Positions 12,934 to 23,471 of a stretch of DNA of 64,000 bases are shown piece by piece. The position numbers were made by a program, and so were the translations under genes. Position 1 is the stretch's first letter. Each line of letters opens with the position of its first letter. The notes under the pieces are model-generated. The model was not told where the DNA came from. It saw only the letters and a list, made by a program, of their open reading frames with translations, and searched no databases. The DNA lies in the NCBI GenBank assembly GCA_001687465.1, contig LVLI01000229.1, forward strand, positions 124,001 to 188,000. The letters are read 5' to 3'. This DNA is from Halocafeteria seosinensis (lineage: Eukaryota).

Positions 12934-14616
12934 ATGAATCTAAATCGCACTGTCTCATCATCCATCTCGGCCTTGTGGGCCTGGTTGATAGTGGTGTGGT
13001 GGGCTCTACAAGTGCATCAACGTTATGAGGCCCTGGCTGAGACCCGCGAGTTTGTGTTGGGACGAGATGGGTATGCAAACCTTGCTGATTCTGCAAACGC
13101 TTTTTGGAGAGGATACCGTATACAAGTTAGCTATCAGATTGCCGTGACGGGTATGTATGCCAGCGAGTTGAGTGGTCTTAGAATATCCGTAGGCCTGTTC
13201 AAGGTGTCCCCCACCACGTTCAAGATCAACGAGGTGCTTGCGTATGGAACTGCCCACTCCAAAGGCAGGAATCAGCTTGTGGAGTTTGAAGAATCGGTTA
13301 TGTTGGAACCCAATGAAACATATGCCATTGCACAGGGAAAAGGAGAGGGAAATGGTGCTGGTCTACTGGTAGAAACGATCGATGTCTCGAAATTACTCAC
13401 TGAGCATCAAGCACTCGAGTCGTGGGAGCCAAGTGATGGATGTGCATTCTTGATACTGAACGGCCAAGCAACCACTTCGTTAGACCTAATTGGACGTGAC
13501 GTGTCAAACAATAACTGCTTCGCCCGTCACGACATTGGCTTGCGTTACGTGGAATGTACATCCTCAACTAAAGAGCTCAACAGTGAAGGGATTGGCTGTG
13601 TTTGCCGTGACGAGAATGAAGTGTCTCGAGATGATGAAGAGTGCCAATCGTGCTCCGCTGATAAACAGCCGAATTCGGAGCGAACTCGTTGCGTCTGCAA
13701 AAGGAGCTACGAATATGCAATGTCGGCACTTGATTCGTGTATATCTTGCGGGAATGGATCGGCTCCCAACCACAACCAAACTGACTGTAGCGAGTGCGGC
13801 CCGAATCAAGTTTCCGGATTTCAAGACTCAACATGCCGACAATGCTCAGAGGATAAGCAACCGAATTCGGACAATACACGTTGCGTCTGCAAAAGGAGCT
13901 ACGAATATGCATCGTCTGCAGTTGATTCGTGTATACCTTGCGGGAATGGATCGGCTCCCAACCACAATCAAACTGACTGTAGTGAGTGCGGGCCGAATGA
14001 AGTTTCCGGATTTTATGACTCGACATGCCGACAATGCTCAGAGGATAAGCAACCGAATTCGAACAGTACACGTTGCGTCTGCCGTTGGGGCCATCAGTTT
14101 GCTGGTTCGGAAGATTCAACATGTCAGTCCTGCGGTAAAGGTTTAGTACCCACCTCTGATCAAGAAAACTGTATCCGTTGCATTGCAAATGAAGTCTCTG
14201 GTGTCAATGATTCCATGTGTCACCCATGTCTTCAGGACAAGGTGCCTACTGCAGATCATGCCCGTTGCATGTGTCGAAAAGAGTATGAGTATGCTACATC
14301 GGAAGCTGGGACATGTGAACCTTGCGGGAGGGGATACATTCCCAATGACTACCAGGATGGTTGCATCCAATGTTTAGCGAACGAAGTATCCGCGTTCAAA
14401 GACTCTTTTTGTCACTCTTGCACGAATGGTAGAGCTCCGAACTCGGATAAGACTCGGTGCATTTGCGATGAGCATAGGAAATGTGTTCTACAACCCCAAA
14501 GAACAAAACGGAGTGTCAGTGTGTCGGTCAGGAGGAGGATAACGCCGTTCATGAAACGTCAAAAAAATCCGTCAACACGTAGAGATTTAAGGGAGACATC
14601 GAATGAATTGCCATGA
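12934..14616 (+). CDS. Family A paralog A5: LGRDGY domain + ~4 Cys-rich modules + QRTKRSV tail
   Basis: ORF 12826..14616 (ATG 12934). N-terminus MNLNRTVSSSISALWAWLIVVWWALQV is nearly identical to A3. Near-perfect 192-bp internal repeats start at ~13660 and ~13852. Confidence 0.88.
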   Translation: MNLNRTVSSSISALWAWLIVVWWALQVHQRYEALAETREFVLGRDGYANLADSANAFWRGYRIQVSYQIAVTGMYASELSGLRISVGLFKVSPTTFKINEVLAYGTAHSKGRNQLVEFEESVMLEPNETYAIAQGKGEGNGAGLLVETIDVSKLLTEHQALESWEPSDGCAFLILNGQATTSLDLIGRDVSNNNCFARHDIGLRYVECTSSTKELNSEGIGCVCRDENEVSRDDEECQSCSADKQPNSERTRCVCKRSYEYAMSALDSCISCGNGSAPNHNQTDCSECGPNQVSGFQDSTCRQCSEDKQPNSDNTRCVCKRSYEYASSAVDSCIPCGNGSAPNHNQTDCSECGPNEVSGFYDSTCRQCSEDKQPNSNSTRCVCRWGHQFAGSEDSTCQSCGKGLVPTSDQENCIRCIANEVSGVNDSMCHPCLQDKVPTADHARCMCRKEYEYATSEAGTCEPCGRGYIPNDYQDGCIQCLANEVSAFKDSFCHSCTNGRAPNSDKTRCICDEHRKCVLQPQRTKRSVSVSVRRRITPFMKRQKNPSTRRDLRETSNELP

Positions 14617-15181
14617 TTTGCGAGAATGGTCGTCCACTATGAACGTCTCCAATTTTGCATGTTTTCTTGGACCCACACGTTGGTACCTAGAGATTTGATG
14701 GAGATACACGAGCGTCAGGGATCGTCGGTCTGTTGCCCGGCCTAGGAATTCAGTTAGGACCTGGCTGTATGTGTTGAGTAGCTCACCCGATAGGTAACAT
14801 TGTATTATCCTCTCATTGCATTCGTTCGGTTGACGTTTGCGAGGGGCATTGGATGCTGTCTTTCCACCTTCTCTGTATACTGTCGACCTGGACCCCGACT
14901 CTGCAGAACACTTCATCAAAAAGAGCCGTTGGACGCAATCGACAGGATGAGTGCCACCACAGCGTCGTTGTTCATAACGCATCTGACGTGACTGCAATGG
15001 CGAGAGGTAGGGTCGTCATTGGAGGCGATGTTGGCATTCTGGGAACAAGTAGAGAAAGGGAGAAGGTCTGAGGAGAGCAGCGCTCGCAAGATCCCATGTT
15101 TCTTGCGACTGCACCAGGATCGAGAATCCACCAGCAGCCAAACCAGTGACACAATGCGCGGTATTTCAACTGTCTCCTTGA

Positions 15182-15410
15182 ATGCGGATTGGTAGGAACT
15201 CTGAAATTGCCGTCGAAATTCCGGATGAGACCCACGATGGTCAAATCATGTCGTTCAATGACAACCATTTTACGGCATTGGCAAGGGTCCACCATCTGGA
15301 ACTCTCTGGCTGCAATAGCTCGCAGATCACTGATGCAGCATTTCGGCACCTCCATTTGCTAAAGAGTTTGGATATTTCCGAATGCATTCAGGTCACCGAT
15401 GACGTCGCGA
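15182..15410 (+). pseudogene. Leucine-rich repeat (cysteine-containing, F-box/LRR-type) fragment
   Basis: VHHLELSGCNSSQITDAAFRHLHLLKSLDISECIQVTDD matches the LxxLxLSxCxxITD pattern. Only about two repeats; flanks are not open. Confidence 0.55.
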
Positions 15411-15520
15411 AGACTCCCACAATTCATGGTCGTAACGCCAGGACATTTTTCGCTATTCATAAGTCGCTCACAGTAATGATGGGTGCTCGAAAGCGCAGAC
15501 GTATTCTGTCTTAGCCGCAT

Positions 15521-15522
<2 letters not shown>

Positions 15523-15556
<34 letters not shown>
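15523..15556. repeat. (CA)17 microsatellite
   Basis: Directly visible. Confidence 0.97.
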
Positions 15557-15559
<3 letters not shown>

Positions 15560-17225
15560 GACAGATAGCCCACCGCAAAGGCTAGACGAGCAGTTAGAAT
15601 CACGCTCGGAGATCAGAAGTAGTATTGGGAATTGTTGCACAACGACGGAATTGTGCCTGCCACGTTACAGATCCGCCCTATATAGGGCCTTTAGGAGTCT
15701 TTCCCTTCCGGAAAAAGAGACAGAGTGGGAGCTGAGAAACTCGGTTGAGGGAGGGCGAAGAAACCCCTGAGACAAGTCAAAGCATTTTTCCTCAACCTGA
15801 TGTTTCGCAAATGCATCAGAACAATCGTCCTAGCTGCAAAAGGGCAACGTCTACTACTATAAGCCTGGGAAGTAGTCCAACGCTTTGAGTGATGCTACAT
15901 GCAGGTACTGGTACTTAAGAAAGAGTCTACTAAAGGCGAAAAGAAGATACGCAAGAATAAAGACCAGTCGCATGAAGGAGTTTTCTGATGATTCGGCAGA
16001 TCAGCTATTGCAAAGATGATAACATAAAGCGAATTCACCATCTCGCATCAGTTGCATCCCATGCTTATTTGGACTGAAGTATTTGAGTCCACGGAGTACT
16101 GAAACATTCCTCCGCCGTGCTCATCGGAGAGTGTACGCGCATGCCAAGAACTGGAAGAGGGCGCCAGCCAAACAGGACAACGAGAAAAAGAGATATGAGA
16201 CTCCCTTATGCAAGAGCATCGGAGGCAACAAAGAGCTGTACTAAGATGCTAAAGAGAAGAAGCACGCCTGAAAGCAGTATGAGCCGTACTTGTGAGCGAA
16301 GAATATTTCTCCCCAGCAAACGCCTTGTTGTGTGTATTCAGTAAAGCTATTCCTCTTGACGATCTGCTTGTCCCCTCTCCAAAGACGAAGGCTCGAATTC
16401 ACAAGCGAGCTGTTCGTGATGGCCGGAAACGAGTTTATAGGGCAGAATTTTTGGCACGTGAGAATTGCGCTGGACGGGAAATGATGAAATGATGCTGATG
16501 GGTGCTACTTGATAAGTATCGTGGGCAAAGAGACCACTTTAATTGCATCACCCAACTATGCTTTTTCTCAGGAGCAATGAATGTGTAATGCGAGAGGACG
16601 TTGATTTTTCCGACGATGGCTTGTGAGCACTTGCTGACGGCCTGTCCACCATTTCCGTGCTAGCAACTAGAGATGTCAACAGCGCCGCTCGCCAAACCGT
16701 CAGAGTTATTGTCATTTCGGGAAGTGTTAGGCTAGCAGAAAGAAAGGCTTTCATCGTTGCTGCTACAAATTTCGCCATTGTTACCGCTACGAAGTCGCCG
16801 GCGCCGCATCATATTCCATTCATCCCGGGAAACTTATAAGCGAGCTAGACCTACTGGTAGTGTTACTCGAGGATGAGACTATATCTGTACAATTAACGTT
16901 TTCCCGTGGCTTTTTAATTCGCAGAATTATTTGCATCAGTCCAAAAATAAACCGTGGACAGAGGGAGGGTTAGACGCTACAGTTTGCAACTACTGTACTG
17001 AGTCCAACGAAGCCGAGCTTCATGTGCTTCCCAGATAAGTTGAAAGACTCAGTGCGGATGAGCGTGTATCATATTGCATCAAGTAAGAGTCAACACTGGT
17101 CTTAATTTAGGTAAGTTTGTTACTCTTCGCGTTCGCTACTGCAAAAAATATCACTCATTAACTATATTGGGTTACGCCTCCACATTTCTCTTGATTCATT
17201 CCTTGAAATGTTTTGCCAAACATCT

Positions 17226-19736
17226 TCAGCCTTTGACCGTGCGCTTGGGTCTTTGAGCAGACAGTACAATGACCTTGTCAGGCTGATTGCTTGGTATACT
17301 CGCAACCGAAGCGCTATTTGCTTCAGAAGTTGTCGGCATGGAGCTTCGTGTTGGAGTCAAGCTCGACGATGATGTTCCTGTCATAGTCGGAGAACTAGTG
17401 GTAGAAAATGAAGCCAAGCTAGTTGCTGTGATAGTAACACTTGTAGTACTTGACGGAGTCTCCGACCTAGTGGCTGTCGACGTTCTAGTTGGAGTCCTCG
17501 TTTGGCTGTGCGAGGACGATGACGATGGGGTGGCACTCGTAGAGGAGGTAAAGCTGCTTGAAGGAGTCTCCGACACTGTCGTTGTCGCTGATGGCGTCGA
17601 CATCGGTGAAGGAGTAGGGGACGACGGTAGTACCAATTGAAAGCGTAGAATTGGCAGCAGATTCTCTTCTTCGTCGTCGTCACTTGATCCTCTATTTAAA
17701 GCCCATACGTCATCCGACCATCCTCCTGGTTGATATAGTTGTCCCTGTATATCGGTTAAATCATTTGAATTGTCTGTCTCGACGAGATTAGTTCCAGCAT
17801 TCACTCCTACGATCGACGCTGCTCCTTCACTGCCATTGTATACCGAATATTTCACATGGATTGTACCACTTGCTTCACTTAATATAGATCCTATAATACC
17901 CCCAGCATCCGTCCCAGTGACTGCACCTGATGCATATGTATTGGTGATGTTTACGTCTCCTGTCGCAAGGCCTGATTGCCCTCCTGTCCTTCTTCCTGTA
18001 ATACCTCCTGCGTGGGTGCCACTAATATCTCCTCGTGTATAACAATCTGCAATATGTACTTCACCCCCATTATCTGCTGTATCCCCTCCACTAATCCCAC
18101 CACTAAAATCTGCAGATATTCGTCCCATACTATAACACTCCTTGATATACACGAATCCATTGGAATGACCAGCATTGATACCCACAATACCACCACTACG
18201 ATGACCACTTGGAATGATATCTCCTGTGGAATAGGAACGAGTTATATACACTTGACCATTCTTATGACCAGCACCATTTCCACAAATACCACCTGCCCAT
18301 CGTCCTTCAATAGCCCCAGTGGAATAGCAATCCGTGATATTGACAATCCCATGATTGGATCCTACTTGGTCCCCTGCAATACCACCGGCCTCATTACCCA
18401 GTATCCTCCCTGTCGAATACGAATTCGATATCTTGATTTGACCATGATCATAACCACTTTGCTGACCACATATACCACCACCTCTATAGCTAGCAAAATC
18501 TCCTGATGAGCTACATGAGTCTATGATAAAGAATTTCTGCTGTGATTGGACAATGAATCCACCTAGGGATGCAGTTTCCCCATTCCTCACATCAAGATTC
18601 CGGATCAAGGGAGCTTGATCAAATGATCCAACACTACCCAGTATAGTAAACAATCCTTGGAAGCCTGATATTCCGTTTAGATCTATTATGTGACCATTCT
18701 GCCGACCACCATCGAATATCTCATTCGCATCCAAGGAGATGTAGTCTTGGTTCGTATAGCCATGATCGGCCCATGTCAACACACTACAATTCATTTCAAA
18801 CTGGTGTTGAGCTGCATTATAATGAAAGCAGGATTCAGTTCCATTGAGAATCGCAGGTCGCAAATCTGTTGCTGCTACTACCTCGTTGGCAAGAAAGCAA
18901 CCGAAAACCAATGACGCCAAGATAACCGTCGTTCGTGACGAAATATCACCACTCGTACTTTGCAGTGCGTACGCCAGAGACCCGTTTCCATGCGCTAGGA
19001 GTTCCATTCTCCTATAAGGAGATAGCCACGTCAGTGTCTCGACTGGAAATTTATATCCCAAGGAAGAATCCTTTTCCAATGAGTTGCTGGGAGTTGCCGA
19101 AAATTCTTCATCTCCAGGAGCTGTAAACTTCCAACTCAATGCTTGTAAAACCTGGGCGGATGCGATCAGCAGGCTGAATAAAACAAGCAGTGATTTCTCC
19201 TTTGGGATAGTCAAGGCGTGGAATCCAAGGTGTGTCATGTGATCACAAAAGCGAAATATCTCTCGGACACTACGAAGTGGATTCATATCCCTCGCTATAG
19301 TGTTGGCAGTCGTAGAAGCAGCACCTTCTCGTCCGCCCTTAACCAGCTTGTTCCACCGATGAACATAGTCGGTCGAAGAGAACATCTTGTGGACCCTTCC
19401 TTCTCGTGACAACGAGCCAAACTGAACCGGCATCGGAAGACAAGGGACATGTTTGCTACGACCCGAATAAGACGACGGCACGATACGAACAGATGAGGCA
19501 AAGCGACGCACTCTCTGACGAGATCCATGCATTACGAAAGTATCACAATGAGAAGAGAATCCGGGTACCCGATGCGCTACCGATACGCATGGCTCAATGG
19601 GTTTGGGACCGTCCGCTTGCTTTGGCTCCTTGTCGGATACCAACCGAGGATGGACAGCAACGAAAGCAACCCCAATCAACATCAGCGTCCGTTGCAAGGT
19701 GAGCAAAGATGCTATACGCTGTGTGGGTCGTGCCAT
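17226..19736 (-). CDS. Secreted GLUG-like (GGIxG / xxYSTG) repeat protein with Ser/Thr-rich stalk and C-terminal QRPKRTV motif; true start uncertain
   Basis: 836-aa ORF. Repeats of the form GGICG/GGIAG/GGITG...(I/V)xIxxCYSTGxI, then a TPSSTTS-rich stalk. Three hydrophobic segments in the first ~290 aa. Confidence 0.8.
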   Translation of the reverse strand: MARPTQRIASLLTLQRTLMLIGVAFVAVHPRLVSDKEPKQADGPKPIEPCVSVAHRVPGFSSHCDTFVMHGSRQRVRRFASSVRIVPSSYSGRSKHVPCLPMPVQFGSLSREGRVHKMFSSTDYVHRWNKLVKGGREGAASTTANTIARDMNPLRSVREIFRFCDHMTHLGFHALTIPKEKSLLVLFSLLIASAQVLQALSWKFTAPGDEEFSATPSNSLEKDSSLGYKFPVETLTWLSPYRRMELLAHGNGSLAYALQSTSGDISSRTTVILASLVFGCFLANEVVAATDLRPAILNGTESCFHYNAAQHQFEMNCSVLTWADHGYTNQDYISLDANEIFDGGRQNGHIIDLNGISGFQGLFTILGSVGSFDQAPLIRNLDVRNGETASLGGFIVQSQQKFFIIDSCSSSGDFASYRGGGICGQQSGYDHGQIKISNSYSTGRILGNEAGGIAGDQVGSNHGIVNITDCYSTGAIEGRWAGGICGNGAGHKNGQVYITRSYSTGDIIPSGHRSGGIVGINAGHSNGFVYIKECYSMGRISADFSGGISGGDTADNGGEVHIADCYTRGDISGTHAGGITGRRTGGQSGLATGDVNITNTYASGAVTGTDAGGIIGSILSEASGTIHVKYSVYNGSEGAASIVGVNAGTNLVETDNSNDLTDIQGQLYQPGGWSDDVWALNRGSSDDDEEENLLPILRFQLVLPSSPTPSPMSTPSATTTVSETPSSSFTSSTSATPSSSSSHSQTRTPTRTSTATRSETPSSTTSVTITATSLASFSTTSSPTMTGTSSSSLTPTRSSMPTTSEANSASVASIPSNQPDKVIVLSAQRPKRTVKG

Positions 19737-21476
19737 GGTTACAGTATTAGCCTGATAAGAAGGCGATGAATCACGCGCTACTTTTCCTTGCCCTTATTTT
19801 TTCTGCCTCTAGCAGTAGAGTAGTTGCTGTCCGACACCTTGGTATGGCTTCGGGAGAAAACCCCAGTTTAATTAACGAGCACCTGTTCCGGTCTCTGGTT
19901 TGTTCGTCAGTACTGTACTCTACACAACTTGGACTGTGACGATGGCGGGAGACTTCCCCTTGGCCATTATTCTGTTGCGTCTGTTGCTGTGCCTCTTGTT
20001 GAGGCTTGTTGTGAGGTGGAGGTTCCATTGTTCACAACTTCTGTATACAATGCACAGTAGTGCCCGGAAAGCGCTGGAGCACACTAGCGGAAAGCATGGC
20101 CGCGGCTCGCCAGGCCCGGGTCACCGGAAGCGCGAAGCCCGAAGCCCGACTTGTTCAACAGAGTAGCAGATTTCCTCGACTGCGTTTTCGACTGCGTTGC
20201 AGCGGCCCTGTAGCTGCCGGACACGGGCGCCAGCTGCTACCTAAGTGTAGCGGCTAACATCCAGCTGCCGGTGGGCCATCAGTCACATCTTCGTCGTCGC
20301 TTAGAGGTAGAGTTTTACACACACTGGACCACCATCTTGGGGGCGGAACTTTGGATTCTGGATGAAGCATTGAACAAGATCTTGCGGTCCATATTCATAG
20401 CCCATTCAAGGTTTGGATACACTACTGTGTGTATGTGTGTGTGATATGCTGTTGTACAGAAGTGTACCTGCCAAACTCATAAGTATACTTTACCGGTGCG
20501 ACGGCATAATAATTTAAACGACTACGGTAGATGCGGGCAATCAAGTTGCATCGCACTTGACTTTAGAGACACACCACAGACTGTTGGCAATTAGGGCAAT
20601 ACGTCTGCGTCGAATAGCTCAAATATGATAACCAAACTATAGATACACAGGGCTAGCATTCCAGCAGAGTCGCCGTCGGCAACCAGCGGCAGCGTTGGTA
20701 AGATTTGAAGCCAAATCTATCATTACGTCTCGCTGCGGAATTCCTTCCTAGGCGTTCCTAGCTTCAGTATCTTTACCGTTCACAACGTAGGCACTTAGAC
20801 AAAAGAAGCGTTCGGCGTTGGACTCCTGCTCAGTCGAACAGTTACACTGATAGATACCTTCTCTGGCGCGACTGTTGACTCAATTAGGACATCAAACGTC
20901 CACTTCTTATCGCGGCAAAACTGTAATGCTCAAAAAAGTTAGGGAAGTGGAGAAGGCGCTCAAACAGTGGGTACTTTACGCGTGCCTGGGAGCTCTTGCG
21001 GAAGTACAGTAGTTGTTGCTGGGAAACGGTCGTACTCGGACTCGAAGTGGCATGGGCAACAACTATGCAGACGTTAAAAGCTCGGAATAAGATCATCCAG
21101 ATCTTTGGCATCATCCAAAATAGCCATGTCACATCGACCTCGACCTCATAGTAGCACGGGATACAGCGCCAATTACACCGCCCAGGAGCTGTCTGCGTGA
21201 TATACCTCTTGAATGCCAACCACACCATCAGCCAAGACTATCAGGAGTACGCTGCTTCTTTTTCTGCACGACGGGTAGACTCTCCCTAGCAGTATGCTCC
21301 ATAGGATCCGGCAAGCAGCGGTTGCACACTGTGTGTGACGAAATCACGTGCGTTCTTCGTCCGAGTTACTACGTCCTCATGAGGAACAACGGATCTGCTG
21401 CAACATGCCACTCGAAGTGGCATGGGCAAATGAAGGGGTAAAGACGGGGTTTCAACAGAGAGTAATATCGTCACTA

Positions 21477-22200
21477 CTACGTCGTTAATGTATGAAGTAC
21501 CCCTGACTGTCTTGGTCCGGGTCTTGTATTGTGTACCACTGCTTTGAAAGCCGATCGGTTACGACGCTTCTCTAAACAGTCGGCACATCTCGGAAGCGCT
21601 TTTTCTGCCAACAAATGCTTTAGCCGCCGAACTGCACCGGGAGTCAAGTACAGTAACACTGTAAAGGCGACGAAGAAAACCCCGCTTGAACTGCTACCAC
21701 ACTCCGCTCAGTGTTGGTAAGCGACAAGATGGTTTTTTCGTACAATCCATCAGATATGGTGTACATAAGTGCGCCCATGCAACAGTTTAGAGCAGAGACA
21801 AACACGACGAGCCCCTCGAGATGTGTTACAGCACGAGATGGGGAAGGACCCATTTGGAAAACTACTACGAAGGATCCTAGGAGGATAGTTGTTGCGAACG
21901 CAAGTTGCTCTACTGGCTCGGTTACAAACACGGCAACGCAAAGTAGAAGGATTTTCCGAGAAATGAGAATATTCTCCCAAAGGAAACCATATCTCTGTAA
22001 CTTGTACCCTCCTGTTAGGCGACTCAGAAGTGCGGCGTCTGCGGAAGTCCACATTGCACGGAACCCTGCTGATATAATACCACGTCAAAGAAACAGGATA
22101 TCCTAAGACGAACGTAATGAGAGACAATATGGCTGAAGTATACAGTAACCGATAGGTTTTGCTATGAGAGCTCGCTGCAAGTTTCGTTCTTGAGCAAGCA
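21477..22200 (-). pseudogene. Fragmented C-terminal multi-pass membrane domain (protist TRP-like / multi-TM receptor type)
   Basis: SLITFVLGYPVSL, then in another frame LSRLTGGYKLQRYGFLWENILISRKILLLCVAVF..EQLAFATTILL. This parallels YQRLYYLFKPGKWYWITLILLRKL in the giant receptors. Broken over several frames. Confidence 0.5.
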
Positions 22201-22902
22201 CATCATTCGCATCATACCACGCCTGCTGGCCAACACCCACGGACAACAGCTATATCCATCGCATCTCCCTAGTTCTGGTACGATACGGTGCGTCAGATCC
22301 CTTCCCCAAGCTCCTGAGAGGAATTCAACTTCGTTGTCGCTACTTGGGCAATATGCGTCTGAAACCGTCTCCCGTGGTGCGTTGACTAAATGTCAAGATG
22401 ACTCAGGATGTCTTGCCTACTGGTCCAGTTGTTGGCCAACTTCCCTTGGGGGCAGATGATAGCAAGGCACCTGGTGCGTTCTGCTCCCAAAGGGTATCGT
22501 CATCGTCATGGTTTGTCTTTGGCAGAGTCTATTTTTATTCCGAATTTAAGATTCGATGTTGGGGACACAGGCTCTTCGAGTGACTCATTTGGATTTCCTG
22601 GGAGACCGCCACTTAATGGATGCGCTCAGTTCAAAACGCACGCTCTTGCCGGGAGTGCCCTGGTGATACAATTTCGTTTATCGCAAACTCCGTGAAGTTT
22701 TGTGACCAGCGAATACCAGCAGTCTCAGGTTCCGTTTGTGACCATTCATAAGCCTCCTGACCATAAATTGAGTAGAGTAATTTCGAGTCCGACTCCTTCT
22801 GGCTTTCTTCAACTGTTTACCCGAGACATCTCAAAACCTAAAGATATCTTTCGTCCTATACGATAGCGGCTAAGTCCCAGTTGCTGAACGCTCCCCACTA
22901 GT

Positions 22903-23311
22903 TCGCAGACTGCCAAACTTGTGGTAACGGTTCGGTTGTCAATGAGGCCCGAAAGGGCTGCATTCTTTGCCTACCCAATGATGTGCCAAAAGTGTCCTGA
23001 GGATAAAATTCCGAATTCAGGGAAGACACACTGTCCACTATCGGCCTTGGCGAAGAAATGGCCCTGTGCAGCAACCGTATGAATACTCTCCGAGTAAACC
23101 TTGTGAAAGCGGAGTGGTCCCTGCTGCTCTTCAGAGTAAATTCTCGCCATGCATGTCGAACGAAATATCCAAAGTGAAGTCACCAGAGTGCCGACCTTGT
23201 TCGAGAGGCAGAAAACCTACTCCCAGTCAAAACGAGTGTATTCTTCGCTTCCAAAGCCCCAGAAGAGTGGTAAAGCGGACATTCAGTGGAACTAAGCCAC
23301 CAGCTTCCTGA
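22903..23311 (+). pseudogene. Family A remnant (3' end of A4 duplicated, with deletions)
   Basis: DNA and peptide (ALQSKFSPCMSNEISKVKSPECRPCSRGRKPTPSQNECILRFQSPRRVVK) match 9965..10385. Confidence 0.85.
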
Positions 23312-23471
23312 ACTATGGAGAGAGCTCCATTGGGAGAGTTACAGACGTCGTGCCAACCAACGTCACCACTGACTGTCCAGCGCCGAGGAAAGTACTTGAG
23401 GTGTATATTTGTTTGGAATTGATGTGATGCTTAACTAGAGACTCCAGGATATCAGACGATGTATTTAACCT

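Noticed and set aside
15850..16840. Lys/Arg-rich broken frames suggestive of an old element or gene
   Set aside because: Multiple stops in all frames and no diagnostic motif.
17287..17640. Val-rich + strand ORF
   Set aside because: Antisense of the Ser/Thr stalk.
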